A stretch of 62,709 nucleotides of DNA, the filler included, from Basidioascus undulatus (Eukaryota), in assembly GCA_000826855.1 (NCBI GenBank). It is 11 parts of 11 records of this genome, joined end to end, with 100 filler letters (N's around TTAATTAATTAA, not from the genome) between each part and the next. Parts side by side here need not be neighbours in the genome. Positions count along the whole stretch, not along the records: positions 40,002 to 43,708 come from JTLS01002343.1; positions 43,809 to 47,512 come from JTLS01002344.1; positions 47,613 to 51,314 come from JTLS01002345.1; positions 51,415 to 55,113 come from JTLS01002346.1; 7 more parts are not named here. One strand, written 5' to 3'. Positions 40,003 to 52,809 of the stretch are shown here, in pieces (position 1 is the first letter of the stretch; each line of letters begins with the position of its first letter). Made by a program: the position numbers and the translations under genes. The notes under the pieces are model-generated. The model made no database searches. It saw nothing but the letters and a program-made list of their open reading frames with translations, and had not been told where the DNA came from.

Positions 40003-40586
40003 GCAGACCCTCGCCCGGGAGCTCACGCTCGCCAATGTGTCGTACAACCCCGACCAGTGGGGGCTACGTCCTGAAGCAGACGCGCGTGTCCAAGCACTCG
40101 ATCCAGGGGTCGACTCTGCACTCTTCCTCCACGCCCTCTTCCGACTCCGGAGAAAAGTCGAGCTCGTCGGCTCGGGCGCTTCGACGACCGCTTCAACCTC
40201 ACCGCGTCCGGGAACCTCACCACCTACTCCGCCGCTGTGATCACGATCTCTTCCGCCGACGTCGCGAACTCGCTCGACATCGGCTTCCGCTTCAGCGACC
40301 CGCAGGTGTGGATCGACCGCGCCAAGGCGGGGTCGTGGTACAACCCTTTCTTCACAAACAAGTTCTCGCAGTAGATCGAGACGCCCGGCGCGGAGAAGAG
40401 CATCTCGATTCGTGGCGTCGTCGATCGCAGTGTCCTGGTGTTCATTAATTGTGGGGAGCAGAGCGCGACGGTCCTGTTCTTTATGGATCCGGAAGGGTGC
40501 CGGAGAAGCTGAGCTGCGAGCTGGGGAAGGTCGTGGCCGTTGCGGAGGTTAAGGTTGAGGAGCTGAAGAGCGTTTGGGACTGCTGA
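40003..40586 (+). pseudogene. GH32 beta-fructofuranosidase/invertase-like C-terminal domain, disrupted
   Basis: LARELTLANV..YVLKQT; VWIDRAKAGSWYNPFFTNKFSQ*; IRGVVDRSVL-VFINCGEQSATVLFF; EVKVEELKSVWDC*. TAG at 40372-40374 and at least 3 frameshifts. Confidence 0.82.
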
Positions 40587-42672
40587 GGTGCGTGATTCGA
40601 GCAAGTCCTGGCTGTGGGGTCTTCGTCGCTGACAACGGCGCTGGACGCTTTACAAGAACCTTCCATACCCTCATGAAGACCATCTTGACGGTACTGGGCT
40701 CCAAGTTTCATAAAATTGCTTGATGTTTACGATTGCTCGATCTGCAGTTCTCTGCTTGTTCACACTGGGCGCTATCATTGACAACGCTCACTGCTTGCTT
40801 GCCGATGGATGATTCGCCACCCTGCCTTCCCTCTGCTTTTCAGGTACTCTAAACATCAGGGAGTCAATACCGTATCACTGGCTGAAATAAGGTAGAGCAT
40901 CCTGTTCCGTCGGCCTCGTGAGATTCTCCGAGCGCAGCATTTCCACTCGATCGACTTCGCAAACCAGTGTCCCAGATGATGGTATTCGCGGGTCTGTCGA
41001 ACAATTTGAGCAAGCATCCCAGTAAATCCGTCTGTGCCGATGTATTGATTGTGTGTTGTGTTATTTTGCTTGCCTTTCAGGAGCTACGCAACGTGCTCCT
41101 TCAAGACGGCCTTTTCTCGTGGCAAAGAAAGGCAGCGCATCACCAAGCATCTCGGCGGGAAACGCGAAGGCACTCGGACCTTTTGTAGACTAGGTGTTTG
41201 AGCCTGTGGAGAGCAAAGGTGCACTTGAGTAGGCAATGAAGCATTGAAGAAATCCGCTTGGCCCGCAAATGTCAACCGCAGGCTTGCCGTGGGGCCCGCG
41301 CGCCCTCGAGTTCCATGTCACGTCACCATCATTTCAAGACTCTGGACCAATCGCAATTTTTTAGACTGAAGGAACCAATTTAGTAGTAATAGAGCAATGC
41401 AGAAGTGTGCATGCCTCACGTTTGGTACGACCCGCGGCGGGCACATTGCCGGTAAGGCAATCACTCTGCCTTGGAAGCCCGCTCTGTTTAAGAGAGATCA
41501 CGCGTATTACCGTAAGCTACTCATACCTTTTCAACCGCTCACAAAGTCTAATTCATCGAGTAGTGTTAACCCCCTGATATCATCTCTTGAGCAGGCGAGC
41601 AGGCATGGTATCGCCATGTGGGTTGCCCATGGACGGCCATTGACGCCTGAAACCTTCCTCCACCAGCCATTTCTGTTAGGGCAGAATATGGCCCATTGCT
41701 TCTGGAAAGACCTTGAGCGAACCACCATATTTCTCAACGATGCCCTATGTGCGGCGATGGCAGTCGCTTGTCCGCTTCGATGTGCTTGAACTCTTGGCAC
41801 ATTGCGAATGCTGAATCAGGTAGACAGGTACCGAGCATCAACTAGCGCTGGTGCGCTCGGGTCTCTTTCACCTGGGTATATGTAATTCATCTCCAGAAAT
41901 AAAGGCCCAGGCGTAGCACGGAGAGCCCGTCCCGCGAGGGCAATATTTCGCCCTCTCACGAGCTCACTCCTGCACAAAAACAAGAAGACCACTAGTCTAT
42001 ATGCTTCATCGCGGTCTCGCTACTTTCCATTCGCTCCAAACGACTTTCGAGCGTTCCGGACCCCCCGCCCACGCTTTACTGGCAAGTTACTCATTTCCTG
42101 CGCCCCGCCTTGCACATCAACTCCAACGACAAAGTGGGGGTCTGCCTAGAACAGCAACGCCACACCCTGCGAAACCCCCCTTCCTTCAGAAAGGCTCGAG
42201 CCTGCTTTTGACTGCCCGGCATGCTGTCAGGCACACAGCCTTCCAGTCGCCATAAAAGGTTGCACGAAGCAGAGAGCAGATTCTTCCGAATGCTCGCCTC
42301 CAGTGGAAGACGTGGAAATCCATATGCAGTATCGCACGAGCGAGCCCAAAATAAGAACCGAAAGAGAGAACGAGAAAGAGAGTGTGGGTGCGATTAAAGA
42401 GAGGAAGACAGGAAGGAAGGAGGGGGCGTCAGGCGTCGGAAGGTGTGTGTGGGAAGGTGTGGGGAGTGTGTTGGTGATAGTGCGGTGGGTGCGGAAGAAG
42501 ATGATGGACGGGCTGAGGCGGCTCAAAGATCCTGTACGACGGGCCCGACGCTCTCGAGCCTGACGCGGAACTCTTCATCCAGCGCGGCCATCAGCCTTTC
42601 CGCGGCCCGCCTCATCTGTCCCGTCCCACTCCCCCCATCAGCCACTCCTCTCCCTTTCCCTTCCCTCTTCAG

Positions 42673-43708
42673 CTCTGCGACCTAGACGTACCTCCTGCGC
42701 CTCCTCCCCTCCGACACCCTCCACGTGCTCCTCGCCCGCGTCCGCCGCGGGACCGTCGAGCCTCGCCCGCGTACCCGGAAGAGCGCCCCGCGTACCCGCA
42801 GCTCTATGCTACCGGGGCGCCCGAGCCGGTGCGCAGCTGGGAGCCGGGGCCCAAGGCCCTCCAGCCCCAGCTGTACGTCTCGGTTCCCGCCCAGCGCTAC
42901 CCGACTCGCGACCCCGGCCCGGTGCAGCCCCAGGCGTACGGGGGCCCTGTGCGTGTGCCATTCAAGACCGAGCCCATCGACGAGGTTCCGATCAAGGCGT
43001 TCGGTCCGGCGCACTACGACCCGCCCCCCACGATCGAGCGCTGCTCGGGCGCTCCGCCGCGGTACCTCCCGCCGCACGTCGGTCCCGCTGAGCGTGCGCG
43101 CGCCCCATCGCCCATCATGGCGTCCGCGCCGCGTCCGCAGTCTTATCCTCTCCCAGCGCCTGCGCCTGCGGCGAAGCCCGAAGTGGGCCCGATGCGGTAC
43201 TACCGTCCTCCTCCTCCGCCGCCTCCCGCGCCGCCGCCGATGCCGCCGCCGCAGGTCATCCCGACGCGCTCCTCCACCCCGAATCAGCACCGGCCGAAGC
43301 AGTACGAGGTCCCGGACGCGTACCGCGACCCTGTCACGCCGGACTACCGCGCGATGCAGCACCCCCGCCTCGGCGGGCACGCAATCGACCACCGCCGCGG
43401 CGAGCCTGCGGACCGCATCGGCGGGCACACGCTCGGGAAGCGCTCGGAGCGCATGCTCGGAAACTACTATATCGGCGACAGGGTCGATGCGGACGATGGG
43501 CAGGCGCAGGTGCAGCGCCCGGGACGAAGGGGCGAGAGGTCACAAGGGCCGAGGAACACCAAGGTGCGTTCGTGGAAAAGGCGGCTGTTTGCTCCCTCCC
43601 AATAGTCAAGAACTGATGATGAGAGCACTTCCGCAGCCCATGCCCGACCGCACGCGCCGTCGACCTCCACTGCGCGGAGAAACCAGCCTGACGCCCCCTC
43701 CCTCCCAC
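42673..43708 (+). CDS. Pro-rich hypothetical protein, start unresolved, truncated at contig end
   Basis: Open high-GC3 frame 42673-43563 followed by a GTGCGT...CAG intron. No recognisable domain. Confidence 0.45.
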
Positions 43709-43808
43709 NNNNNNNNNNNNNNNNNNNNNNNNNNNNNNNNNNNNNNNNNNNNTTAATTAATTAANNNNNNNNNNNNNNNNNNNNNNNNNNNNNNNNNNNN
43801 NNNNNNNN

Positions 43809-44860
43809 CCTGCCTCGACGTCTCCGGGCTCCCCGCCGCCCGTCCGAGCCCCTCGTCTTCGCCCTCAACCTTGATCTCAACCTCGGCAAGGCCTAGCAAC
43901 ACCAGACTCTCGGGCCTCTCCACCCTCCGCACCGCCTCGCCCGACTGCCCCCCCCCCCTAACACCTGTCTCCTCCAGGGCGCCCATCTTCGTCACTCCCG
44001 CCGGACATGCAATGCGCGCGTACGTCCCCACTGCGCTGTCAAACTGCTGGAGCATTACTGCAAGCTCTAAAGGTACGTTTCTCTTCCCGCTCATGTCATC
44101 AACTTCACACTGACTGAAATCGGTATGACAGAACAACGGCGCCAAGATAGTCACCGCCTTCTCGACCGCGACGCTCGTCATTCTCGACCCGTCCACAAAG
44201 ACCCCGCCGTCTTCGCCCGGAGCGCACGGCCGAGCAAGAGCGTGCGCACGCCCGAGTGGGTCCTGGAGAGCGCGCGGGTGGGCCAGCTGCGGGGCAGCAG
44301 TGGGAGTTTAGGGCGGCGGTCAAGAAGTGCAAGGGGAAGGAGTACGTGGTTTCTGTCTCTGTGTTTTCTTCGGAGAGAAGGCTGATGGAATGACTTTGGG
44401 GTGGGCAGGAAAGCGGCAGCGGGCCCGGCGCAGCCGGTCATGCTCGTGCATGATGCGGGCGAGTTCCAGCACAAGTATATCGCTGCGTCCGTACTCCCCT
44501 TCTCCTTCTATCTCTGTCCCCCCCACTAACAAAGCTTTCATTAACCAGAACCACCAAGCCCTTCTCCGCGACGCGAACGTCCTCGCGATCTACATCTCGG
44601 GGAACGCAGGAAACACGGACGAGGCGTTCAAGCAGCTTGCTGTGGACGTGCGTACCCCTCTCCCCCTGTTTGTCGCTTTTTCCTTTCTTGTCTCTCGCAC
44701 AAGGGTGATTAGGTTTTGGTGGGGCAAAACAGAACGTTTGGGAGGAAAGAGCGCGCTGCAATGGAAGAAGCTATATTCTGGGAACATGCAGGCTGTGGAT
44801 GGGCTTGTTCAGGCGCTGAGGATGCGGAGGAGGTCGAGGTCGGCGTCGATGGGGTGTAGC
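43809..44860 (+). pseudogene. BRCT + Myb-like (Rap1-like) gene fragment with a frameshift
   Basis: IFVTPAGHAMRAYVP...|NNGAKIVTAFSTATLVILDP /frameshift near 44195/ VRTPEWVLESARVGQL; later EAFKQLA..|..KSALQWKKLY. Confidence 0.45.
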
Positions 44861-47040
44861 TTGAGCGGGAGGGTGGGGTTGCTGTTGTGGAGTTCGTGGC
44901 CTTTTCATTTGGGTGGTCTCGTCGCTGTTGTAGAGTTCGCTTTGTTATTCGGCGTGGGGCATGTACGAGTTCAGAGCTGGTGGCGGTTTCGGTCTGGATG
45001 TCCCGCATGCCGGCAGGCAACTCAATTTTTCGAGACAATTCTTGGAAAAGAATTGTTTAAAGTATTTCAGGTGAAAGGCAAGGTGGGGCTGCTTGGTACG
45101 CCGGTGCCATACGGACGTCCTCCTGCACGCAAGTCTTGGCAGTGATTCGGTAGCACGGTCAGGCAGTTGAGGGTGAACCCATATCAGCTTCGACGGACTG
45201 GAGATCCTCGGCTTGAGGGTGAAAAGCAGACACTTTGCGAGACTGTTATCCGGCGAAGAAGGAAGCAACGACGCTGCAAGCCAACCTCTTGAATCTTCAG
45301 AGAGCGCACTCGCAGGAAGCACAGCGAAACAATGGCAAATGCTTGTCTCTAGATTTTGTAACCGAAAGATCTTCAAGGGACAACTAGTCGCGCTCCACAA
45401 GAATCTCCACGGTCGGCCCGGTCTAGTTGAAGACCCCGGCAGTGACCACGCAACGCCAACCCTGCTCGACGGGAAAGTGCGCCCGGGCATACTCGATCGT
45501 TTCCTGGAACTCCTCTACGATGTTTTCCTTGCACAGGTCTTTGATAGATTTCCCGCCTTGTTGAATGGCTTTGCGAGTCAGATATCCCTCGTTTCACGCT
45601 TTTCTTCAGGGCCCTCCTCACAAGTCTCGGGCTCGATCAAAAGCGTGAAAGGATCCTGACCTTTTTCAGCGCCGGAAGCTCACACTCATCGACGCTGTTG
45701 AACATGAGAGGTACTAGCTACCGACCAGCCGTCGTGGTTGGCAACCTGGTTCTCGAATGATATCGTGATCTGGGCGAGGTGAGGGGCGCGACGGCGGAGC
45801 GCAGCGTTGACGGTTCCCGCCCCATCCGCGTACTCCTGTAGCAACGGGCCCGACATGTTTGTCGGGAAGTCGAACAGGTTCAAGCGCGAGATGCGTAAGA
45901 GGTAGATCGAGCCCCCCATTTGAGCGACGGAGTTGCGCGGGACCGAGATGGAGGTCAGGCGAGGCAGAGTCGCGAGCGCAGAGAAGACGTCGCTAGTTAA
46001 GAGAAACGACTGCCCGAAGGCGAACTGAAAGGATCGCAAGCCGTGCATTGCGGATAGCCCTTGCGAACCGGTTCAGCAGTTGAGCACTCTGCCACAAGCT
46101 AAACAGTCACTTCAGCGGGTGTGTGGACGGCACAGTTTTACAGGACATAACTCACCGTCTCGGGATTCTCCCAAAACTCGTCACCGTCATCCATCACTGC
46201 CTTATTGCGGTAGTGGGCAGGCCATGCCATGTGCCAATGCTTCCAACAGTACAACCTGAGAGACTCGAGACCCTCCCACGCTGGGGGTCTGCGATGATGT
46301 CGTCGACCTCGTGCGAAATTGGGGAATTCATGCTCAGTTCGAGGTTTGAGGGGAGACCCTTTCCTTTGGCGATCAATCCAAAGAAGCGTGCTGAGGCCTG
46401 GGCAGTGAAAAAGGTTGAAAGAAGGAGCTGCGAGCGAGCCATTAGGCGCAGGCTGCCCAGAATGCGCAGCGGTCGCTGGACAGTGAGAACTCTCGATGAG
46501 AGTGCGATCGAAGGCCGGAAGGCCTGAGAAGCCATTCGAAGCATATTGGGCGTCGATTCGAGAGTGGAAGATGGTGGGAAGGAAGAGACTGGCGAGAGCA
46601 AGTGGGAGGGAAGAAAGCGTCGCAAGCTGATGAGAGAACAAAGGGGCTGCCGCCTCGGGCTGTCAGAAAGAGGAGAGCGATGCGCGGAGTTGGTACCCAC
46701 AATCTGGCCTTGACCAGCTTTGTCAGTATTTACATTTACATTCGGCACCAACTGCATTCATTCCGTTAGCATGACTTCGAGCAGAAGCTGTATTTCTTTG
46801 GCAGCTGTAACGCATCGATTGTAATGTCTGATTTCGGGTATTACGGTACAGTACACATTTGAGGTGACAATTCAGACTCTCGGATCAACGTATTTGGCGT
46901 ACGCGTATCTGGTTGAAAGAAAAAGGCAAAACGTAACGCATGCACAGAGGACGTCATTTCCCACGCGAGCGTCTTCTGAACGTCCCTCCGCTTGCCCTCT
47001 TCCTTCGCCACCATCGCGGACTTCGTTCACAACATCCACC

Positions 47041-47512
47041 ATGTCCTCCTCCACCCCTTCCACTGCCCCTACCTCTGACCCGTCTACCCCTCTAAACCTG
47101 CGCCCCATCCCGCGCCCTTTGACCTCGCACCTGCCCCCCTCGCGTTCGGCCGTCCCGCGCGAGCTCGCATACACGTTCCTCCCCTCGCAAGACGGGGTGG
47201 ACTCGAACCTGCTCGTCCTCCTGCACGGGCTGGGGGACACGCACGCGCCCTTCGCGCAGCTCGGGAAGTCGCTCAACTTGCCCCAGACTGCCGTGCTTAG
47301 CGTCCGCGCGCCGATGCGGATTCCGCTGCTGGAGGAGGAGTCGTACATGTGGATGGACAGCTTTGACCAGTGCGTGTGCCTTCCTCTGTCTTCGCTTTAG
47401 TTTGAAATTGGATTGATGCTGAATGGGGGATGAGGTGATGGGAAAGGGATCTGAGTGTGTGAAGAAGGAAGGAGCTGTTGAGAGTGAGGCGAAAAGCATC
47501 CCGAATGCCAGG
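47041..47512 (+). CDS. Phospholipase/carboxylesterase (Abhydrolase_2), N-terminal part
   Basis: [48 protein letters not shown]...WMDSFD. Confidence 0.88.
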
Positions 47513-47612
47513 NNNNNNNNNNNNNNNNNNNNNNNNNNNNNNNNNNNNNNNNNNNNTTAATTAATTAANNNNNNNNNNNNNNNNNNNNNNNNNNNNNNNN
47601 NNNNNNNNNNNN

Positions 47613-49578
47613 CACCTACCTTCTTCCCCTCCCCCTCCCCCGCGCGCCTGCGCGCCCCCCGATCCGTCTTCGCCCGCCGCGCCGCGTTCTTCTCCTCTGC
47701 AGTCGTCGCAGCCACCGCGCGCTCCTCCTCGGCGGCACGGACGCGCGCCTCCGACCGCGCGCTGATGCGCGCCTTGCGCGCCTTAAGCGTGCGAAGGGAC
47801 GGCTCGAACGAGCGCTCGATGAGCTGGGCAAGGGTGACGGACGACTTGCGGAGGAAGCTGATATGCGACGCCGGGTCGAACACCTCGCCCCCGGCGGGGA
47901 GGGCGTCCTTGTTCGCTGCGTGCCAGGCGCTCAAGTCCGCGAGCTCGGCCTGCTGCGCTGCGAGCGCCTCGCGCCCGGCGGCGAGGACGACAGAGGCCAG
48001 ACCCGGCTCGCTCCGCCGGAGGGCGGCCGTGAACGCCGTTTGGAGCGCGGCGGTCGAGAGGTGCAGGTGCGGCTGGGGGAGGGGGAGGGTGCCCGACTCG
48101 CGCGCGGCGCGGAGGGTCGCGAGCTCGGAGAGGTAGGACGCGAGGGCGAGGCGGACGTAGTGCTTCGTTAGGGAGCCGTGCGCGGCGGAGGCGTGCGTGA
48201 TAAGATACTTGTAGGTCGTGGTGTTTGGTTGGGGGGCAGCGGGGAGGACGGAGATGGAGGTGGAGGGTGTGGAGGCGGGGGAGGAGGAAGAGAAGAAGGC
48301 GGTGGAAGACGGTTGGAAGGGCGTATCCTCGTCGAGGGCGTCCTCGTCCGCCTCGGTGTACGTCGAGACGTTCGCGCGGGCCGGGTCCGCCGCGGAGGGC
48401 AGCGGCTGGGTGAGCGTCTCGAACGCGGCGATCATGAGGCTCGTGCGGCCGCTCTTGCCCAGGAAGTCGATCACCGAGTTAAGCACGTGCGTGCTCACGC
48501 GCGGGGGCGCGTACGCCGGGTCGGCGGCGCGCGCGGCACGCTGTGCGTCCAGGAACTCGAGCGGCGCGTGGTCGGGGTTCTCCAGGTCGACTCCGTACGC
48601 CGAGCGCAGGAGTGCAGAGAAGCCGTCGTAGTCCGCGCACTCCTTGAGCACGCGCAGCGCGAGCGAGACAGTCTTGTCGTCCGCGCGGATGCCGGCGTCG
48701 CTCATATCGCTCAGGAACCTCGCAATCTCGGGCGCAGCGAGGCGGGCTGCGTCGGCTGGCCGCGCGTCCTCTACCGCGTTGTAGTAACGCAGCCACCGGA
48801 CGTACCCCTCAAAGACGAGGTTGTACGCACGAGCGCGGGGGGCGACCCCTCCCGCGCGCATCTCGTCCATGACGCGGCGGACGCCGGAACGGGACCCGAC
48901 GGCCGCGAAGAGGGCAAGAACGTGCTCGAAGTCGTTTGCGTTGGGCGGGACGCCGTGGAGCGTCATCGTGTCGAGGACGAAGCGGAGGCGCTCCTGGTTG
49001 CGGAGGTGGCGCTCGACCTTGCCCGACGCGTCGGGGGACGTCGCCGACTGCTGCAGCGTCGACGTCCGCGGGAGGACATGCCGCAGCATGAGCCGGTGGT
49101 GCCGCGGCCCCAGGCCCGAGATCTTGCCCGTCGTGGCGAGGCGCACGTACATGTCCCAGGCGCGCTTGGGCGCGACGCTGGACGGGTTGGAGGACCGCAG
49201 GGAGTAAATCAGGTTCGCGAACTCGGGGCCGAGGTCCTCCGGGTTTCGGCCTTTCCGCTGTGAATTGGGACCACCCATCCGCACAATAATGAGCATCCTC
49301 GCCTATCGTACGGCCGCTAGCATCTGTCCTCCTGAGGAAGCCTACGACTACCCAAACATGGCGATGAAAGAACGCACCTGTACCGGCACCCCCTCCTTCA
49401 CATCCTCCCCCAGAGCAGGACCATTCCCCGCCACGCCTCCAAGTACCCCTGACAGCTCTGCAGCCGCAGGCACCTCAGCACCGGCAGCCGCAGAGGAAGA
49501 CGACGCCCGAGCCGCGCTGAGCGCACGGGAAGCGGTGGTCGAGCAGCGCCCCGTTTTCGCGTACGCCGAGGCGAGCAT
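47613..49578 (-). CDS. Pentatricopeptide-repeat-like protein, probably mitochondrial, 3'-truncated
   Basis: Ala/Ser/Arg-rich N-terminus; PPR-like units VMDEMRAGGVAPRARAYNLVFEGY, LSDMSDAGIRADDKT, VLNSVIDFLGKSG, PNTTTYKYLI. Confidence 0.72.
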
Positions 49579-51414
49579 GCCGAGCGATTAACACGCCAGT
49601 TCCCCCTGTTGTCGGTGCTGGAAGGACAGGGTGAGGGCGGGAGACAAAGGTAAAGAGCGTCCAAGATTGTGTGGTCGTCGTGGAGAGTGACGACCGAGAC
49701 GAGCGTCTTCTTCCTTGGAGCGGCGCCAGCTGCCGTCGGACTTAGCTGGACTGCTCGCGTGCTCGCCGCTGGACTATCGAGAGGGAACCGAGCTTCGAGT
49801 CCTCGCCGAGTTGCTTCACATTTCTCAATTTACAATCAGAGACCACAAGTCGCCTCTATTTTCAGTCCTTAGTGTCTAAACTTGTGCCTTCTAAACCTGT
49901 CGATATATCCAGAAGTCCTATCTGTGGCCACCAGGCCAGCGAGCAGACAGCTGGCTGTCCCGAGCGCCCTTTTTCTCTCATGCACCGATATGCATACCTT
50001 CTATTCAGGGAGGGATGAGTATCGGGGTATGAGCTCGACCGTCGCAACTCAAGCTGAGCTCTGAGCCTTGGCTGTCTTCCACAACGCAATTGCCATAGCC
50101 GCCCAACGACAATCACATTTTTTTGGGAATCTTATGGCCTACTTGAAGGTTCATTTCTTTCCATTTTTAATGACATAAGGATGGAGCCGCCTCCGAAAAA
50201 GTACGGCTCCCAGGCCGCGCACTTTGCGGACTTCTCCAAGCAGCAACCTTCCACATCTACCTCGACCGCCGCCCGGAGGCGCACATAGTCCCTCCTTCTA
50301 CCTCTAGTCAGTCGAAGTTGCTTCATAGCCTACTGCGTTGCGCCAACACCATGGGGTTCAACATACATGACAGCCGAGCTGCACACAGTGTTTCATTCGC
50401 CAACAACGCCGGTTCATATGCAATTGACGGTTGACCGTATGCGCTCAAAAGCTTAGTTGATTGCGCAACTATCGGCTTGAATTACGTTCCATGCTGGTGA
50501 GCCAAGTTGGCATTCGGCTTCTCACAAAAGCGAAAATGGCCCTTGCGGCAGGCACCAGTGCAGGTCTTCACCTCGATAATCAGGCACCGGTGCCGTATGA
50601 TCCCATCCACTCTTTTTATAGCCATTTTTATCATTTTAAAAGCATCGTCGTCACCTTTATGCGGATCCTTTCACAGGTGGCCGCCCGGATTTTTCACCTC
50701 GCATACCGCCTCACCGTCCCAAATATTGGGTGCGCTTTTGGTTGTTCAGACCAAGGATATCCCTGGTGTCCTCATCAAGTTACGAAGGAATGATTGACTG
50801 TTATTGATGTAAGCAAATGCATTCCGGGAAATACCTCCTCGTTACATCAAAGTCCAGCACCGCACTACCAGCATCTGGTATCTGGCTGTCTGGTTACTGC
50901 CCGCCCCATCGCATTTGCTGCTCATTGACACTGGTTGCACTTTATTTTAGCTCCAATGGACACGCCGGTGGGCCTCCGGCCTCAAACAGGGAGACTTGTC
51001 GAGCTTTTGCGATTCACCTGAAGCGAACACCTTGTCTGCATCCGACTCTCGACTCAAGCTCAACTCCTCCCTGCCTCGTTTCGTGGCTATTTCAGGCTGG
51101 AGCCCTACTTTTACCGAATATTTACGACCCTCACATCACGGCCGTAGTCGCAGTTGAGATGGAGCTGAGCGCTTCTGAGTAACTCGAGAATGTGTCGGAC
51201 TGTCCTTCATTCACCACACACCCCGCAATTCCCCGAGCCAATGACGAACGGCCGGGGCTTCCGGCCCAAGTCCCCATACCCCGCATCAACCCCCCCCCCC
51301 CGAGGAGGCCCACCNNNNNNNNNNNNNNNNNNNNNNNNNNNNNNNNNNNNNNNNNNNNTTAATTAATTAANNNNNNNNNNNNNNNNNNNNNNNNNNNNNN
51401 NNNNNNNNNNNNNN

Positions 51415-52391
51415 GGGAATTGAATGGGAGGCCTGCGAGTCTTGGAAGGGGAGGGGGAGGGGGAGAGACGAGGTGGGGACGAGGATGTTCGGCAGGCCCG
51501 TCGAGATGAAGGTGAATGGGATCTGAGGGCGAGGCATTCTTATCTCAGCAACCTCGTCAAAGGTGCAATAACAGTTGAAATCGCACCCTATGTCCATCAA
51601 CCTCCATCACGTCCCTCGCCCTCCCCGTAAGGAGCACCCCCCCGTCCGTCTTCAGCGCCGTCTCGAGCCTAATCCCGGGCGCGGAGCCAGGCACGCCCCC
51701 GATGACCGTGTTGCCCCTCTCGGCGGGGACGACGCGGCCATCCGCCGTGCGCTGCACGGGCACGTGCGCGGTGACGATCGAGCCGTTGTTGGCTGCGAGG
51801 ATGCGGACGGGGTAGGTCGGCCCGGCGTGCGAGGACGGGATGGGGGGCAGGAGGTGCGTCAGCGCGTGCAGCGCTACGGCAGAGGAGAGATTCCCGCAGG
51901 TTATATTCCTGTGTGGGTCCCATACTCTTCAGCTTGCGGTGGGTGAGCTCGGGATGCAGGACGTACCAGTCGATACTCGGCTCCTTCACCCCGACCTGCC
52001 CAAATCGAAACACGACGTCCCACCCGTCCTCCCCCTTACTGCGCTGCAGGTCGTCCGCCCAGCTCACGCCATCCTTCCAGTCCTGCGCGACGCCCTCGCC
52101 CGGGCGGGAAACCACAGCGACTTTCGACAGCGAGCTGACGCCCCCGCCCAGGCCGTCAATTTGGCGCCCGTCCGGGTCGGGCGACCCCAGCGCTGTGAGG
52201 ATGATGCGCTCTCGAACGGGATGGGGGTAGGCCGCGAGCGTTTTGGCGTGAAGGAGAAGGCCGCGGGAGGTCCCGCCCCGGTCTGGTCAAGTCCGCATTC
52301 AGCTGCAGGGGGAAGTCCCGGGGGGTGCAGTGGGAGACGCACAGAACTGTGCTGGGATCAAGCGGTTCAAGAGTGATAGAGAGGGCCGCAT
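51415..52391 (-). CDS. prpF: PrpF/AcnD-accessory (aconitate isomerase, DUF453) family protein, 3'-truncated
   Basis: IPAQF|YRGGTSRGL; LGSPDPDGRQIDGLGGGVSSLSKVAVVS; FGQVGVKEPSIDW; TCGNLSSAVALHA; IGGVPGSAPGIRL. Confidence 0.92.
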
Positions 52392-52809
52392 TTCTATGAG
52401 AGAATTAGTTACGTTTGTCTGTAATTGATGGAGAGGGGGGTCGGGAGAAAGAGATAAGACGCAACGACCTCGGACGCGTCCCAGGCGCAACTTCCGCTCC
52501 GAGCACTTCCGAGCCGGCCGCTGTCTGACTTCTAGCATCACAACAGCAGTTGTATTAACGGTAGCCTGAATTTCTTGATTTAATACAACGAAGAGGGCAG
52601 TCAGAAAAACGGGTACATCGAAAAGCGCAACGGCAACTATTGCGGCACAAAGATGCCGAGATACCGCGTCCGAGATACCGCGTCCGCGAATAGTCCGCGA
52701 AACTGCACTTTGGAGCATGTTTCCGCGCGCGCTTGCAGCTGTCTACGCGTCTCCTCTCGCTATTCCTCCCGCTCTCAGCTTTATTGCCCTATAAATCACC
52801 TAGAAAATC

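Noticed and set aside
44945..46641. F-box/LRR-like gene relic on the minus strand
   Set aside because: Only a vaguely LRR-like stretch (FSALATLPRLTSISV) among many stops, which is insufficient to call.
48178..49263. Long antisense ORFs over GC-rich exons (here and throughout the window)
   Set aside because: They are shadow ORFs caused by the high GC3 of the true genes.
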